This document shows positions 10,012 through 20,286 of a stretch of 64,000 nt of DNA, piece after piece. The translations under genes were made by a program, and so were the position numbers. Source of the stretch: Dehalococcoidia bacterium (GTDB lineage: Bacteria > Chloroflexota > Dehalococcoidia > SM23-28-2 > RBG-16-64-32); the NCBI GenBank assembly GCA_963665775.2, contig CAXXTF010000002.1, positions 192,001 to 256,000 of the forward strand, given 5' to 3'. Every line of letters starts with the position of its first letter. The first letter of the stretch is position 1. The notes below the pieces were generated by a model. That model saw nothing but the letters and a program-made list of their open reading frames with translations, searched no databases and was not told the DNA's origin.

Positions 10012-11169
10012 TTGGAAACGCTGAGAGACAAGGCGGCCATCATAGGAATCGGGGAAACGGACTTCTCGACGAACTCGGGACGGACGGAACTAAAGTTGGC
10101 AGTGCAAGCAACACTTGCCGCGTGCGAGGACGCTGGGATTGAGCCGACCGCCATCGACGGGATGGTCCGCTACGATATGGATGAGGTAGATCAACTCGCT
10201 TTGGCCACAACCCTCGGTGTAGCGAATCTCCGGTTCATCGCCGAGACAGGTTATGGCGGCGGTGGCGCCTGTACGACGGTAATCCTGGCAGCGATGGCTG
10301 TGGCTACGGGTCAAGCGGATGTGGTGCTTTGTTGGCGATCGTTGAATGAGTACTCCGGCCGAAGGTTTGGTCAACCTCAGACAGATGTCATACGCGTGGG
10401 CGGAGAGCCGCAATTCCATAGACCCTACGGAATCATGAGCCCGGCACAACTGATAGCGATGATGGCCCGCAGGCATATGTTTCAGTACGGGACCACAAGC
10501 CGTCAGTTTGGCTCCGTGACAATGAACAGTCGCGCCTACGCCTCAAATAATCCCAGGGCGCGCTTCTACAAGAGGCCTTTGACGTGGGACGAATACGATC
10601 TGAGCAGGGTAATCGCCGATCCAATACGAACATACGACTGCTGCCTCGAGTCCGACGGAGCAGTGGCTATTCTGGTCAGTCGAGCCCAGTCGGCTGGTGA
10701 CTTCAGGCAGCAGCCGGTGTACGTAATGGGCGGGGCTTGCAGCTCCGGACGGACGGGAGCGACCATGGTGAACTTCTACGTAAAGGATATGACCGTTTCG
10801 GAGGAATGTCAGGCAGCCGGAGAACAGCTCTGGAGGATCGCAGGGGTTGGCCCAAAGGAGATCGATGTGGCCCAAGTTTACGATCACTTCTCCCCGCTGG
10901 TACTCATGGCGCTGGAAGATTATGGCTTCGTGAAGAAGGGGGAAAGCGGCCCATGGGTCGAAAGTGGCGCTTTGGGACCCGGAGGAGATCTTCCAACCAA
11001 CACGGCAGGAGGGCTCGTAGGGGAAGCCTACATTCACGGAATGAACCTGATCTCTGAAGCAGTTCGGCAGATTAGAGGAACATCGCCAAACCAGGTTGCG
11101 AACGCGGAGCTCTCGTTCGTTTCGGCTGGGAATGGGGTTCCTACCTCAGCCCTGATATTGCGCAAGTGA
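10012..11169 (+). CDS. Thiolase-like lipid-transfer protein (Ltp2-like retro-aldolase)
   Basis: AAIIGIGET, DCCLESDGA, YDH and YIH motifs. Confidence 0.88.
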   Translation: METLRDKAAIIGIGETDFSTNSGRTELKLAVQATLAACEDAGIEPTAIDGMVRYDMDEVDQLALATTLGVANLRFIAETGYGGGGACTTVILAAMAVATGQADVVLCWRSLNEYSGRRFGQPQTDVIRVGGEPQFHRPYGIMSPAQLIAMMARRHMFQYGTTSRQFGSVTMNSRAYASNNPRARFYKRPLTWDEYDLSRVIADPIRTYDCCLESDGAVAILVSRAQSAGDFRQQPVYVMGGACSSGRTGATMVNFYVKDMTVSEECQAAGEQLWRIAGVGPKEIDVAQVYDHFSPLVLMALEDYGFVKKGESGPWVESGALGPGGDLPTNTAGGLVGEAYIHGMNLISEAVRQIRGTSPNQVANAELSFVSAGNGVPTSALILRK

Positions 11170-11189
11170 ACACGCGAAGAACGAGGTGA

Positions 11190-11459
11190 GTGACGATGGC
11201 GATACAGTTATCACGCCCACTACCGCAGCCTGATCTCGATACCGAGCCGTATTGGGAAGCGGCCCGACAGCATAAGCTAGTTGTTCAGCACTGCCCAAAG
11301 CAGGGGATCTATCAGCATCCCCCTAAACCGCGTTTGAAGGGCTGCGGTTTCGACTTTGAATGGAAAGAAGTGAGCGGCAGGGGACGAGTGTACTCGTTCA
11401 CGATCATCTATTTGAATGGTCCCACGGCCTCGGCGAAGAACAAGGAGGAAGTGCGATGA
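11190..11459 (+). pseudogene. DUF35/ChsH2-type zinc-ribbon-OB protein, C-terminally truncated
   Basis: RPLPQPDLDTEPYWEAA...SGRGRVYSFT then loses similarity; 89 aa versus the 136 aa paralog at 22682. Confidence 0.75.
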
Positions 11460-12385
11460 TCACAGGGCGCGACATCCTACTAACGGAGCAGCGGGGGCAT
11501 GTCTATATCCTAACAATTAACAGGGAGGAGCGCCGGAACGCATCCAGCCTCGAGCTATCGGATCGCCTTGGGGAGGAGTGGGAGCGCTTTGATGAGGATG
11601 AAGATCTGTGGGTGTTGATCCTCACGGCAAAGGGGGATGTGGCTTTTTCAGCGGGCCATGACATGAAAGAGGATGTCGAGGGCGACGTCCGAGGTGGACC
11701 TCGGGGCGGCATGAAGCAAACCCCACGCCGCAAGCCTCACCCATGGGTATCGACCTGGAAACCAACGATAGCTGCGATCAACGGATACGCACTGGCTGGC
11801 GGTTGGGAGCTTGCCCAGCGTTGCGACGTGCGCATAGCTGCGGAACATGCCACCTTTGGAATCCCGGAGATAAGGTGGAACTTGCCTGCAGGCTTCGGCG
11901 CTCAGCTGTCGCAGTTGCCCACTTGGGCAATCGCCGCCGAGATGTTGCTTTGGGGGCGACCGATTAGCGCGCAGCGGGCCTACGAGATAGGTTTCGTCAA
12001 TAAGGTGGTCCCTAAAGAGAGACTCATGGAGGAGGCCTCAGAGTGGGCTGAATACATGTGTACCCTAGGTCAGGAATCAGTGAGAGGCCACAAGCGACTG
12101 CTGCACTATGCTCGCTTTGTTCCACCCTCAGAGATTCAATCTCTAACCGAGGACATCTTTTATTGGTGGCCGAAAAAGCGAGGTGTCGTTCTCGATGAAG
12201 ACGTCGGAGCTCGGGCCTTTGCCGAAAAGCGGCAGCCTAACTTTAGCGATCAGTTCAACCCCCCTAAATTTCATTGCCCAAAATGCGGCTCCGAATACGT
12301 GGTAAGCAAGAATCGCAATGGCTCGCTTATGTGCTGCGGTGAAATCGCGAAGGAAGGTCCCCTTCCCCTCTCGCAAGCATGGTGA
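11456..12385 (+). CDS. Enoyl-CoA hydratase/isomerase with C-terminal CxxC...CC domain
   Basis: FSAGHD, KPTIAAINGYALAGGWELA..CD, FGIPE; start ATG 11456 after AAGGAGG, ATGA overlap with upstream ORF. Confidence 0.9.
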   Translation: MITGRDILLTEQRGHVYILTINREERRNASSLELSDRLGEEWERFDEDEDLWVLILTAKGDVAFSAGHDMKEDVEGDVRGGPRGGMKQTPRRKPHPWVSTWKPTIAAINGYALAGGWELAQRCDVRIAAEHATFGIPEIRWNLPAGFGAQLSQLPTWAIAAEMLLWGRPISAQRAYEIGFVNKVVPKERLMEEASEWAEYMCTLGQESVRGHKRLLHYARFVPPSEIQSLTEDIFYWWPKKRGVVLDEDVGARAFAEKRQPNFSDQFNPPKFHCPKCGSEYVVSKNRNGSLMCCGEIAKEGPLPLSQAW

Positions 12386-12473
12386 GCGAAGGTGAGGAAC
12401 GGCCTCGATCCGCAGAGCGATCCGAGAGGCTCAAGTACGAGGAAGTAAAGAGGAATGACCGCCGAAGTCCGGC

Positions 12474-12501
12474 TTGACACCCTATGATATGGGACTAGAA
12501 T
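12474..12501 (+). promoter_or_regulatory. Sigma70-like promoter
   Basis: TTGACA-16bp-TAGAAT upstream of the amidohydrolase operon. Confidence 0.55.
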
Positions 12502-12692
12502 TGTTTTATTGGATGCTCCCGCTAACAGGTTGTAGCGGCTAGATCGGAGAGACCTGATGGTCGATCCGGATACCTTAGAGGCTCGACCCGGCACGGCCCA
12601 ACGTGGTCTAACGTGAGGGGTGCCGGGTTGATCGCTGATGTAGGATGGATTCCTAATCTACGCGACGGAAGGAAATTGCTGGGAGGTATACG

Positions 12693-13706
12693 ATGGCGGA
12701 CCTAGAAGTAATCGATACCCATACGCACATCGCGCGCTCCAAGGCGCATGGCAGAGAATATGGGCGATACCAATTAGCGCGGTTCAGGGGCGGCGTGGGA
12801 CCACTCGACTACCCGTATCCGCTTAGTCAGGTAGAACCGCCCGTTTACGGTACCGTAGACGAGTTTCAGCAGCTGATGGCCGAGACGGGGGTGGCCCACA
12901 TGAACTTCCTTATGTTCACGTGGGCCGGCTTGTATTACCACGACGGTCGTTACACTTTGCCTGACGAGCCGAGCCGCCGCGCCAAGGCAGACGAAGAGCT
13001 GAAGACCAGAATAACCGAACGGCTTAGGGACAATAACGAATGGGCGGTGAACACCGTCAAGGAGCACAAGAACCTAAGCTTCTTTTGTGGAATTGATCCC
13101 GTAGTGATGGACGAGAAAACCCTCGTCGCTGAGGTAGCGGATAAGACCACTCGAGGAGCCCTGGGGGTCAAGATGGTGCCAGACGACTCTGGTGTCCCCG
13201 GTAACGACCGGCGGCTGTGGCCCGTTTACGAGTATTGCCAGTCCAAGGACATACCTATTTTGAGTATGACCTCGAGCCGGCCCGGGGCCCCGTCGCGCCC
13301 CGCTAACTTTGCGGAGGCCCTAAGAGACTTCCCACGATTAAAGCTTATCTGCGGTCACGCTGGCGGAGGTGGCGAGGGCGAAGCCGAGGTTGTGGAACTT
13401 ACTAGTAAATACGAGAACGTTGCCGCCGAATTCACCTCCTTTATGAGGGTTACGGATGATCAGATGGAGGAGATGGCGCAACGTATCCGCCGCATAGGGA
13501 TCGATCGAGCCATGTTTGGCACCAACTTCCTTTATTCCGAATTGATTCCTCTTGACGAGCCGGTAGAGGGAGAAAAACCGAAACCGCTTCAATTTACGGA
13601 GACGAAGAAGGCTCTCGAAGTCCTAAAGAAGCTCCCCCTAAAGGACGCGGAGAGAGAACAAATCGCGAGTAAGAATTTCAGACGCATAACTGGGTTAAAG
13701 GCCTGA
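12693..13706 (+). CDS. Amidohydrolase family protein (Amidohydro_2)
   Basis: IDTHTH metal motif, GVKM, HAGG, MFGTN. Confidence 0.85.
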   Translation: MADLEVIDTHTHIARSKAHGREYGRYQLARFRGGVGPLDYPYPLSQVEPPVYGTVDEFQQLMAETGVAHMNFLMFTWAGLYYHDGRYTLPDEPSRRAKADEELKTRITERLRDNNEWAVNTVKEHKNLSFFCGIDPVVMDEKTLVAEVADKTTRGALGVKMVPDDSGVPGNDRRLWPVYEYCQSKDIPILSMTSSRPGAPSRPANFAEALRDFPRLKLICGHAGGGGEGEAEVVELTSKYENVAAEFTSFMRVTDDQMEEMAQRIRRIGIDRAMFGTNFLYSELIPLDEPVEGEKPKPLQFTETKKALEVLKKLPLKDAEREQIASKNFRRITGLKA

Positions 13707-13769
13707 GGTCGGAGAGTGGCGACGTAAAGTGCTGAACTCGCCCGACTAGCAGTTGGCGGAGGGCAAACA

Positions 13770-16193
13770 ATGCCTCAAGTATTTGAAGGTCTGCGCGTAA
13801 TCGATTTTAGCTCAGGTATGGCCGGCTCCATCGCGACGATGGTGATGGCAGACAATGGCGCGGAGGTCGTCAAGGTGGAGCCCCCGACGGGAGATCCATT
13901 TCGCTCGCTGCCCGCCTGGCGGCAATGGCATCGGGGGACGAAGGGCGTCGTGCTTGACCTGCAAACTGAGGTGGGGGTAGAGCAAGCCCAGCGACTCGCT
14001 GCTAGTGGCGACGTGATTGTACAGAGCTTCCGGCCAGGTGTGCCTGACGGCCTAGGTATAGGGTATGAAACCTTATCTGCAAGCAATCCGGGCCTCATCT
14101 ATTGCTCCATTACGGGCTTCGGGCAAAAGGGGCCGTATGCAAATTACAAAGACTATGACGCTCTCGTGCAAGCCAAGGGCGGGCGAATGATGGACTACCA
14201 GAGTGCAGCCGAGCGGGAGGGTCCTACTTTCACCGCTGTACCGGTAGCGACCTTTGCTGCCTCCCAGTTCGCATTGCAGGGTATCGTGGCCGCCCTTTAT
14301 GTTCGGGGGCGAACGGGACTAGGTCAGCGGGTGGATACAAGCGTGCTTCAGGGCCTCGGCTTCTACGACATGTACAACTGGCTCAGCGTCCAGCTGCACG
14401 ATCGCTTCCCCGAAACCTATCCCGCCCTATCCACCACCGTATCCGCCAGCATGGGCGGCTCTTATTTCTATCTGGTTGCTCCCACTCAAGACGGACACTG
14501 GCTCCAGTTCGCAAACCTGGCCAGCCATCTGTTCCGCGCCTTCGTGCAGGCCGTCGATCTGGAGGAGGTCTTCAATGCGGCGGGGACCATGGAGGGGACA
14601 TTAGTCCCGCTCGGCGGTGCCACCGAGGAGTTGTGGGAGGTGCTCCTGTTGAAGATTCAGGAGAAGTCGCTGGCCGAGTGGATGGATATCTTTATGCCCA
14701 ACCTAAACATCGCGGTGGAACCGCTTCTCCACACCCAACAAGGGATGGAACACCCTCAGATGCTCCATAACGGGCATGTCATTGAGGTTGAAGACCCTCA
14801 GGCTGGCAAGACCCGGCAGCTGGGTCCGCTTGTAACCTTCAGCGAGACGCCCTCGAAGATTCAGGGGCCTGCTCCAACTCTAGGCCAGCACACCCAGGAG
14901 CTTCTATCGCAGCCCGACCGCTCGGTTCAGGCGCCTATGCCTGTAGTCGGGGCCGACGCGCTCCCTCGTCATGCCCTGGAAGGCGTGACGGTACTCGAGT
15001 TGTCCAGCTATCTTGCTGCCCCTCTTAGTACCAGTCTGCTGGCCGACTTGGGAGCGCGCGTCATCAAGATCGAGAACCTGGAGGGCGATCCGCTACGAAC
15101 CATTCAGGGCTGCCAAAGGACGGTGCAAGGCAAAGAGAGCCTCGCCCTCGATTTGAAGGCGAGTGAAGGGAGAGAGGTTCTCTACAAGTTGGTGGAGCGG
15201 GCTGACCTCCTCATGCACAACTTTCGGCCCGGTGTCCCTGAGCGGCTTGGCATGGATTACGGTACCCTATGTAAGCTGAATCCAGGCCTCGTCTACGTAT
15301 ACTCCGGGTCCTACGGCTCCAGCGGACCCTACTCCCTTCGCCCCGCGTACCATCCGATCCCCGGTGCCATCTGTGGCGGCGCTTTGAATCAGGTTGGGCA
15401 AGGCACACCGCCTCCGCCAGGCACTTCTTTATCTCTCGATGACGTAAAGCGTTATTCCCGCAGACTGGCCAGAGCCAATGAGGGAAATCCAGACCCCAAC
15501 TCAGGCCTTGTTACCTGCACCGCCTTGCTCATGGGCCTTTATACCCGCGAGCGAACTGGGAAAGGCCAGTATATCGAGACCACGATGCTTTGCGCCAACG
15601 CCTACGTTAACTCCGATGATTTCATTCGATATGAAGGTAAGCCAGATCGACGCCTGCCAGACGCAGAACTCCACGGTCTGAGTTCCCTCTACCGATTATA
15701 CCCTTGTAGGGAAGGTTGGATATTCCTGGCTTGCCTCCTCGATGAGGAATGGGAGGCCCTTCGTCTGGCCCTGGGTTCGGAGGAGCTACAGAGGGACAAG
15801 CGGTTCGCTAGCCATCAGTCTAGACTTGAGCACGACGCCGAGCTGGGTGCCCTCCTATCACGGGCCTTTGAAGAGAGGGATGCCCCCGATTGGGAGAAGT
15901 ACCTGGCCGAATATGATGTCCCGTGCGTAGTTGCGGACGCCGGCCGCTACTACGCCTTCTTCAATGAAGACCTCCACATTGAGGCTAATGGTATGGCGAC
16001 CGAAGTGGAACACCCAGTTTATGGGAAGTACAAACGTCACTCCTCGAACGTGTCACTCTCTCTGACTCCGGGTGTTGTAGGCCCCGGCAATCGCGCTGGC
16101 GAGCACTCACGCTTAATCCTAGAGGAACTGGGCTATAGCCCATCGGAGATTCGGCAGCAGAAGGCGAAGGGCGTTGTCACCTGGCCTGAATAG
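13770..16193 (+). CDS. Family III (CaiB/BaiF) CoA-transferase, two fused domains
   Basis: Two LEG.RV.D/E...LADxGAxVxKxE repeats, SFRPG/NFRPG, AP.LGQH. Confidence 0.93.
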   Translation: MPQVFEGLRVIDFSSGMAGSIATMVMADNGAEVVKVEPPTGDPFRSLPAWRQWHRGTKGVVLDLQTEVGVEQAQRLAASGDVIVQSFRPGVPDGLGIGYETLSASNPGLIYCSITGFGQKGPYANYKDYDALVQAKGGRMMDYQSAAEREGPTFTAVPVATFAASQFALQGIVAALYVRGRTGLGQRVDTSVLQGLGFYDMYNWLSVQLHDRFPETYPALSTTVSASMGGSYFYLVAPTQDGHWLQFANLASHLFRAFVQAVDLEEVFNAAGTMEGTLVPLGGATEELWEVLLLKIQEKSLAEWMDIFMPNLNIAVEPLLHTQQGMEHPQMLHNGHVIEVEDPQAGKTRQLGPLVTFSETPSKIQGPAPTLGQHTQELLSQPDRSVQAPMPVVGADALPRHALEGVTVLELSSYLAAPLSTSLLADLGARVIKIENLEGDPLRTIQGCQRTVQGKESLALDLKASEGREVLYKLVERADLLMHNFRPGVPERLGMDYGTLCKLNPGLVYVYSGSYGSSGPYSLRPAYHPIPGAICGGALNQVGQGTPPPPGTSLSLDDVKRYSRRLARANEGNPDPNSGLVTCTALLMGLYTRERTGKGQYIETTMLCANAYVNSDDFIRYEGKPDRRLPDAELHGLSSLYRLYPCREGWIFLACLLDEEWEALRLALGSEELQRDKRFASHQSRLEHDAELGALLSRAFEERDAPDWEKYLAEYDVPCVVADAGRYYAFFNEDLHIEANGMATEVEHPVYGKYKRHSSNVSLSLTPGVVGPGNRAGEHSRLILEELGYSPSEIRQQKAKGVVTWPE

Positions 16194-16349
16194 GTCGTAT
16201 CCGGAAGGGTAGAGGTGGCTGGAAGGGTTCGCTGAAACGTGAAGCGCGTATGCAAAGAAGGCATAGCTTAAGGCCAGGTTCGGGCATGGGTCCGCGTTAG
16301 GTTGGATGACTGGCTAGCCTCGTAGTAACTTTACCTGGAGTAGCAAGAG

Positions 16350-17501
16350 ATGGCGAAGCACCCCCTGCATGAAGTGGCTATCGTCGGAGCCTACAATACT
16401 AAGCAAGCCCGCGTGTTGGAAGGACACACCCAGGACACCATCACGCTGGAGGCCATTCGAGGCGCTCTCAATGATGCTGATCTAAAGCCTTCCGATATAG
16501 ACGGCGTTACAGTCCGCGGAGGAGCGTTGACCTCTGCGCATCTCATTTATCTCATGGGGTTGGGTCCGGCCTGGCAAGGAGGCGGTGAAGTGGCCATCCA
16601 AGGCATCCTTGAGGCCGCAGCCGCCATCAGCATGGGACAGTGTCATACCGCTGTCATCGCCGGGGGAAACGCAGGTGCCTATACGGAGCGAGACTCTACG
16701 GCCCCCTGGACTAGGCCCAGCAACGAGTTTGTAGAATGCTGGGGCCTCTTTACCGCAGCCGAGTTCGCACTGATCGCCCGCCGCCATATGCACTTATACG
16801 GCACTAGGCCGGAGCACCTCGCCACAGTGGCTGCTACGATCCGGAATAATGGTCACATTAATCCCGAAGCGGTCTATCACGGAAGGGGTCCCTTCACCGC
16901 AGAAGATGTCCTGAACTCTCGAATGGTGGCAGACCCGTTTCACCTTCTGGACTGTTGCATGACCTCCGAGGGAGCAAGCGCTCTCATTCTTACCACCGCT
17001 GAACGAGCCAAAGATATGAAGCTGAAACCGATCTTTATCTTGGGAGGTGCCCTCGAAACACGCGGGCCGCTCTATACCCTTCCCCCTTCCTTCGATCTTG
17101 CCGGCTGGGTGGGACGAGAGGCGGCCAAGAAGAGTTTTCGCATGGCGGGGATAGGCCCGGAAAACGTGGATGTCTGCGAATTCTACGACCCCTTCTCATT
17201 TGAGATCATTCGTCAGCTAGAGGCGTTCGGATTTTGCGGCGAAGGCGAGGGGGGAGATTTCGTCATGGGGGGGAACATCGAGCTTACGGGCAAATACCCC
17301 GTCTGTACCGATGGTGGCCTCATGTCCCACAGCCATCCCGGCACCGCCCAGTCAATCCAAAAGGTCATCGCCGGCGTTCGCCAGCTTAGGGGAGAGGCTG
17401 GGGACCGGCAAGTGCAAGATGCCAAGATCGCTATGTGTACGTACGGCGGGGGTGGTGCTCTCTTCGACCACGTTCTGTTGCTTGGAACCGAGATACCTTG
17501 A
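16350..17501 (+). CDS. Thiolase-like protein (SCP-x type)
   Basis: DCCMTSEGA, YDPFS, TDGGLMSHSH. Confidence 0.9.
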   Translation: MAKHPLHEVAIVGAYNTKQARVLEGHTQDTITLEAIRGALNDADLKPSDIDGVTVRGGALTSAHLIYLMGLGPAWQGGGEVAIQGILEAAAAISMGQCHTAVIAGGNAGAYTERDSTAPWTRPSNEFVECWGLFTAAEFALIARRHMHLYGTRPEHLATVAATIRNNGHINPEAVYHGRGPFTAEDVLNSRMVADPFHLLDCCMTSEGASALILTTAERAKDMKLKPIFILGGALETRGPLYTLPPSFDLAGWVGREAAKKSFRMAGIGPENVDVCEFYDPFSFEIIRQLEAFGFCGEGEGGDFVMGGNIELTGKYPVCTDGGLMSHSHPGTAQSIQKVIAGVRQLRGEAGDRQVQDAKIAMCTYGGGGALFDHVLLLGTEIP

Positions 17502-17763
17502 TGAGGAACGTCCGGACCCCCTCTGCTCGCACTGACTGGCGCCTGGGGGCCTTTCTCTTCGCTACCAAGCACCCTCGGGCGGCGGCCGGTCCCTTGACGA
17601 GCTCACCCTTGCCCGCAGCCTATAGTGTCACCAATATACCGAACGAGCTCATATTCTTGACAGCGCATCCTGAAAGCAGTAGCGTAACCCGTGCACCGCA
17701 CGGTTGGCCCTCACGGGCAGAGTATCAAGAGAGGAGAGAGCCGATAGCACGGCTGGTTCACCA

Positions 17764-18954
17764 ATGGAGCAGGCTCTAGCCGGTATTAAGATTCTCGACC
17801 TGACACACCACGTGGCTGGACCGTACGCCACAAGGCTGCTGGCTGGCTACGGGGCCGAGGTAATCAAGATAGAGCCGCCGGGCACTGGTGATCCGACGCG
17901 GCTCTGGGGCCCCTTCCCTGGCGATGAGCCGCATCCCGAAAAGAGCGGCTTTTTTCTCGTTCTCAACACCGGTAAGAAGAGCGTAACCCTTAACCTCAAA
18001 ACGAAAACCGGCGTTCGCATCTTCGAAGAGCTGGCAAGGACCGCCGACGCCGTCGTGGAGAACTTCTCACCGGGAGTGATGGCTGCCTGGGGGTTGGGCT
18101 GGCACGAACTACATGAGCTTAACCCCAAGTTGTCGATGGTATCTATCTCGAACTTTGGGCAGGACGGGCCGTACCGGGACTATAAGGCTAACGAGCTCAT
18201 GGCCTTCGCCATGGGCGGTATGATGAGCACGACGGGCGATCCCGATCGGGAGCCCGTCAAGAATTTCGGTCATGCAGCGGAGTATATGGCGGGGCTGAAA
18301 GCCTCATCGGCTGCGATGACGGTCATATACGGAGCGACGGCCCACGGTGGTGGACAGCACGTAGACCTGTCGATCCAGGAGGAGATGGTGGCATCTCTGG
18401 AATCGAGCGGGCCTATCGCCTTCAACTACGGTTACGACGCCGTGCGCAGTGGCAGCTATTCGCGTGCCGCCATGGCCATCTACCCGTGTAAGGATGGCCA
18501 TATGATGTTCTGGTGTCTGGATCGAAACATTCCCGCCCTGTTCCGGGGAATGGGATCTCCTGAGCTTATCGACGACCCAAGATTCAGCACTGCCGCCGCC
18601 CGCCAGGAGAATGATGACATCCTTAACGCACTGATCATAAGCTGGTGCGCCGAACGCACGAAAAAGGAGATATACGAGATCGGTATACAGGAGCAGGTTC
18701 CGGTGGGGTATATGGCCATGCCCGATGAGCTGCTGGAGTGGCCGCCCTTGCGCGACAAGGGTTTTTGGCAAGAGGTGGAGCATCCCTTCGCAGGTACCTT
18801 GAGCTATCCAGGAGGTCCCAGCTTAATGAGTGAAGCGCCCTACGTGGTTAGCCGGGCACCGCTGTTGGGCGAGCATAACGAAGAGGTGCTATGCGGCCGT
18901 CTGGGCTATACCAACCTCCAGCTGTCTCAGCTAAGAGCGCTCGGAATCATTTAG
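17764..18954 (+). CDS. Family III CoA-transferase subunit
   Basis: ALAGIKILDL, GAEVIKIEPP, ENFSPG, APLLGEHN; start re-called to ATG 17764. Confidence 0.92.
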   Translation: MEQALAGIKILDLTHHVAGPYATRLLAGYGAEVIKIEPPGTGDPTRLWGPFPGDEPHPEKSGFFLVLNTGKKSVTLNLKTKTGVRIFEELARTADAVVENFSPGVMAAWGLGWHELHELNPKLSMVSISNFGQDGPYRDYKANELMAFAMGGMMSTTGDPDREPVKNFGHAAEYMAGLKASSAAMTVIYGATAHGGGQHVDLSIQEEMVASLESSGPIAFNYGYDAVRSGSYSRAAMAIYPCKDGHMMFWCLDRNIPALFRGMGSPELIDDPRFSTAAARQENDDILNALIISWCAERTKKEIYEIGIQEQVPVGYMAMPDELLEWPPLRDKGFWQEVEHPFAGTLSYPGGPSLMSEAPYVVSRAPLLGEHNEEVLCGRLGYTNLQLSQLRALGII

Positions 18955-18966
18955 GAGACGCTTGCA

Positions 18967-20286
18967 ATGACACCTTTGCCACTTCAAGGAGTGCGAGTCG
19001 CTGATCTGACAATGGCCTGGGCGGGACCCCATGGCACCCAGCAACTAGCGGACATGGGTGCGGAGGTAATCAAGATTGAGGGGCCCAATAACCATGACTT
19101 GATACGGGCGATAGTGTTCGGCGGCTTATCCGCCACGGATGTCGGGCACCCTTACAACAAGAGCGTCTACTTCAATGAATTTAGCCGAAACAAGCTGGGG
19201 CTATGCCTCAACCTGGCAGACCCAGAAGGCCGCGAGCTGTTCTTGCGTTTCGTGGCGATCTGTGATGTGGTCGTCGAAAACTACCGCGCCGATGTGATGG
19301 ATAAGCTCAACCTGACCTATGAAGTGTTGAAGCAGGTGAAGTCAGACATCATCGTGGTAACCCAACCTGCCTTCAGCAAAACCGGTTCAGAAAGAAATCT
19401 GGTTGGTTACGGTCCCAGTATAGAGGCGGCAGCCGGAATGCAAGGTCTATCTGGCTACCGGGACGGTGGTCCCCAGAAGACCGGCTTCACCTATTGCGAC
19501 GCTCTGGCCGGATTAGGCCTGGCCAACGTCCTTATGCTTGCCCTTCTCTATCGACAGCGCACAGGGAAGGGCATATATGCCGAAGGGTCAATGCGGGACA
19601 CTACATTAGGTGTCATTGGCGAAACGTTCATGGAGTGGCAGATGAACCGGCGTTACCCACCCCGCCTGGGCAATCGCCACGCTTGGATGGCTCCGCACGG
19701 TTGCTATCCCTGCAAACCGCTGCCCCCCGAAGAGGGACGTCCAATCCATCGAGCACGGGGGTCTTCGGGTGAGAAGAGCACGGACCGCTGGGTCACGATA
19801 GCTGTAGGCAGCGACGACCAGTGGCGAAGCCTCTGCGAGGCGATGGGAATGGCCGAGCTTGTTGAAGACGGGCGTTTCGCTGACGCCGTCAGCCGCTACG
19901 AGCACCAGGACGAGCTAGACGACATCGTTGCCGCATGGACGCGAGAGCATGGCGATTACGAGCTGATGCACCTACTCCAGGCTCGCGGAGTGCCTGCCGG
20001 CGCCGTACTGACCCCGCTTGCCATTTCCCAGGATCCCCATTTAGAGGCGCGGGATGTCTTCGAGGTGGTCGAGCATCCCGACTTTGGCCCCAACAAGGTG
20101 ACGCGTCCTAGTGCTCGACTTTCGGAAAGCCCGGCGCATGTCCGCCGTCCCGCGCCCTGTTTCGGTGAGCACAACGATTATGTACTCGGCGACCTTCTCG
20201 GACTTTCAGGGGATGAGATTCAGGCTCTGGAGGAGAAGGGCATTATCTCCTCAGTACCCAAGAGATATGGTGTCGGGACGTTGTAG
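18967..20286 (+). CDS. Family III CoA-transferase subunit
   Basis: PLQGVRVADL, LADMGAEVIKIE, TYCDA (catalytic Asp position), APCFGEHN. Confidence 0.92.
   Translation: MTPLPLQGVRVADLTMAWAGPHGTQQLADMGAEVIKIEGPNNHDLIRAIVFGGLSATDVGHPYNKSVYFNEFSRNKLGLCLNLADPEGRELFLRFVAICDVVVENYRADVMDKLNLTYEVLKQVKSDIIVVTQPAFSKTGSERNLVGYGPSIEAAAGMQGLSGYRDGGPQKTGFTYCDALAGLGLANVLMLALLYRQRTGKGIYAEGSMRDTTLGVIGETFMEWQMNRRYPPRLGNRHAWMAPHGCYPCKPLPPEEGRPIHRARGSSGEKSTDRWVTIAVGSDDQWRSLCEAMGMAELVEDGRFADAVSRYEHQDELDDIVAAWTREHGDYELMHLLQARGVPAGAVLTPLAISQDPHLEARDVFEVVEHPDFGPNKVTRPSARLSESPAHVRRPAPCFGEHNDYVLGDLLGLSGDEIQALEEKGIISSVPKRYGVGTL

Noticed and set aside
12545-12570. Glycine riboswitch (GGAGAGACC..GGTCG)
   Set aside because: The following CCGAAG and CTCTCAGG elements are absent.
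17622-17632. Half-site ATAGTGTCACC inside the catabolic cluster
   Set aside because: Only one arm is present and it overlaps a possible TATAGT -10 box; not counted.
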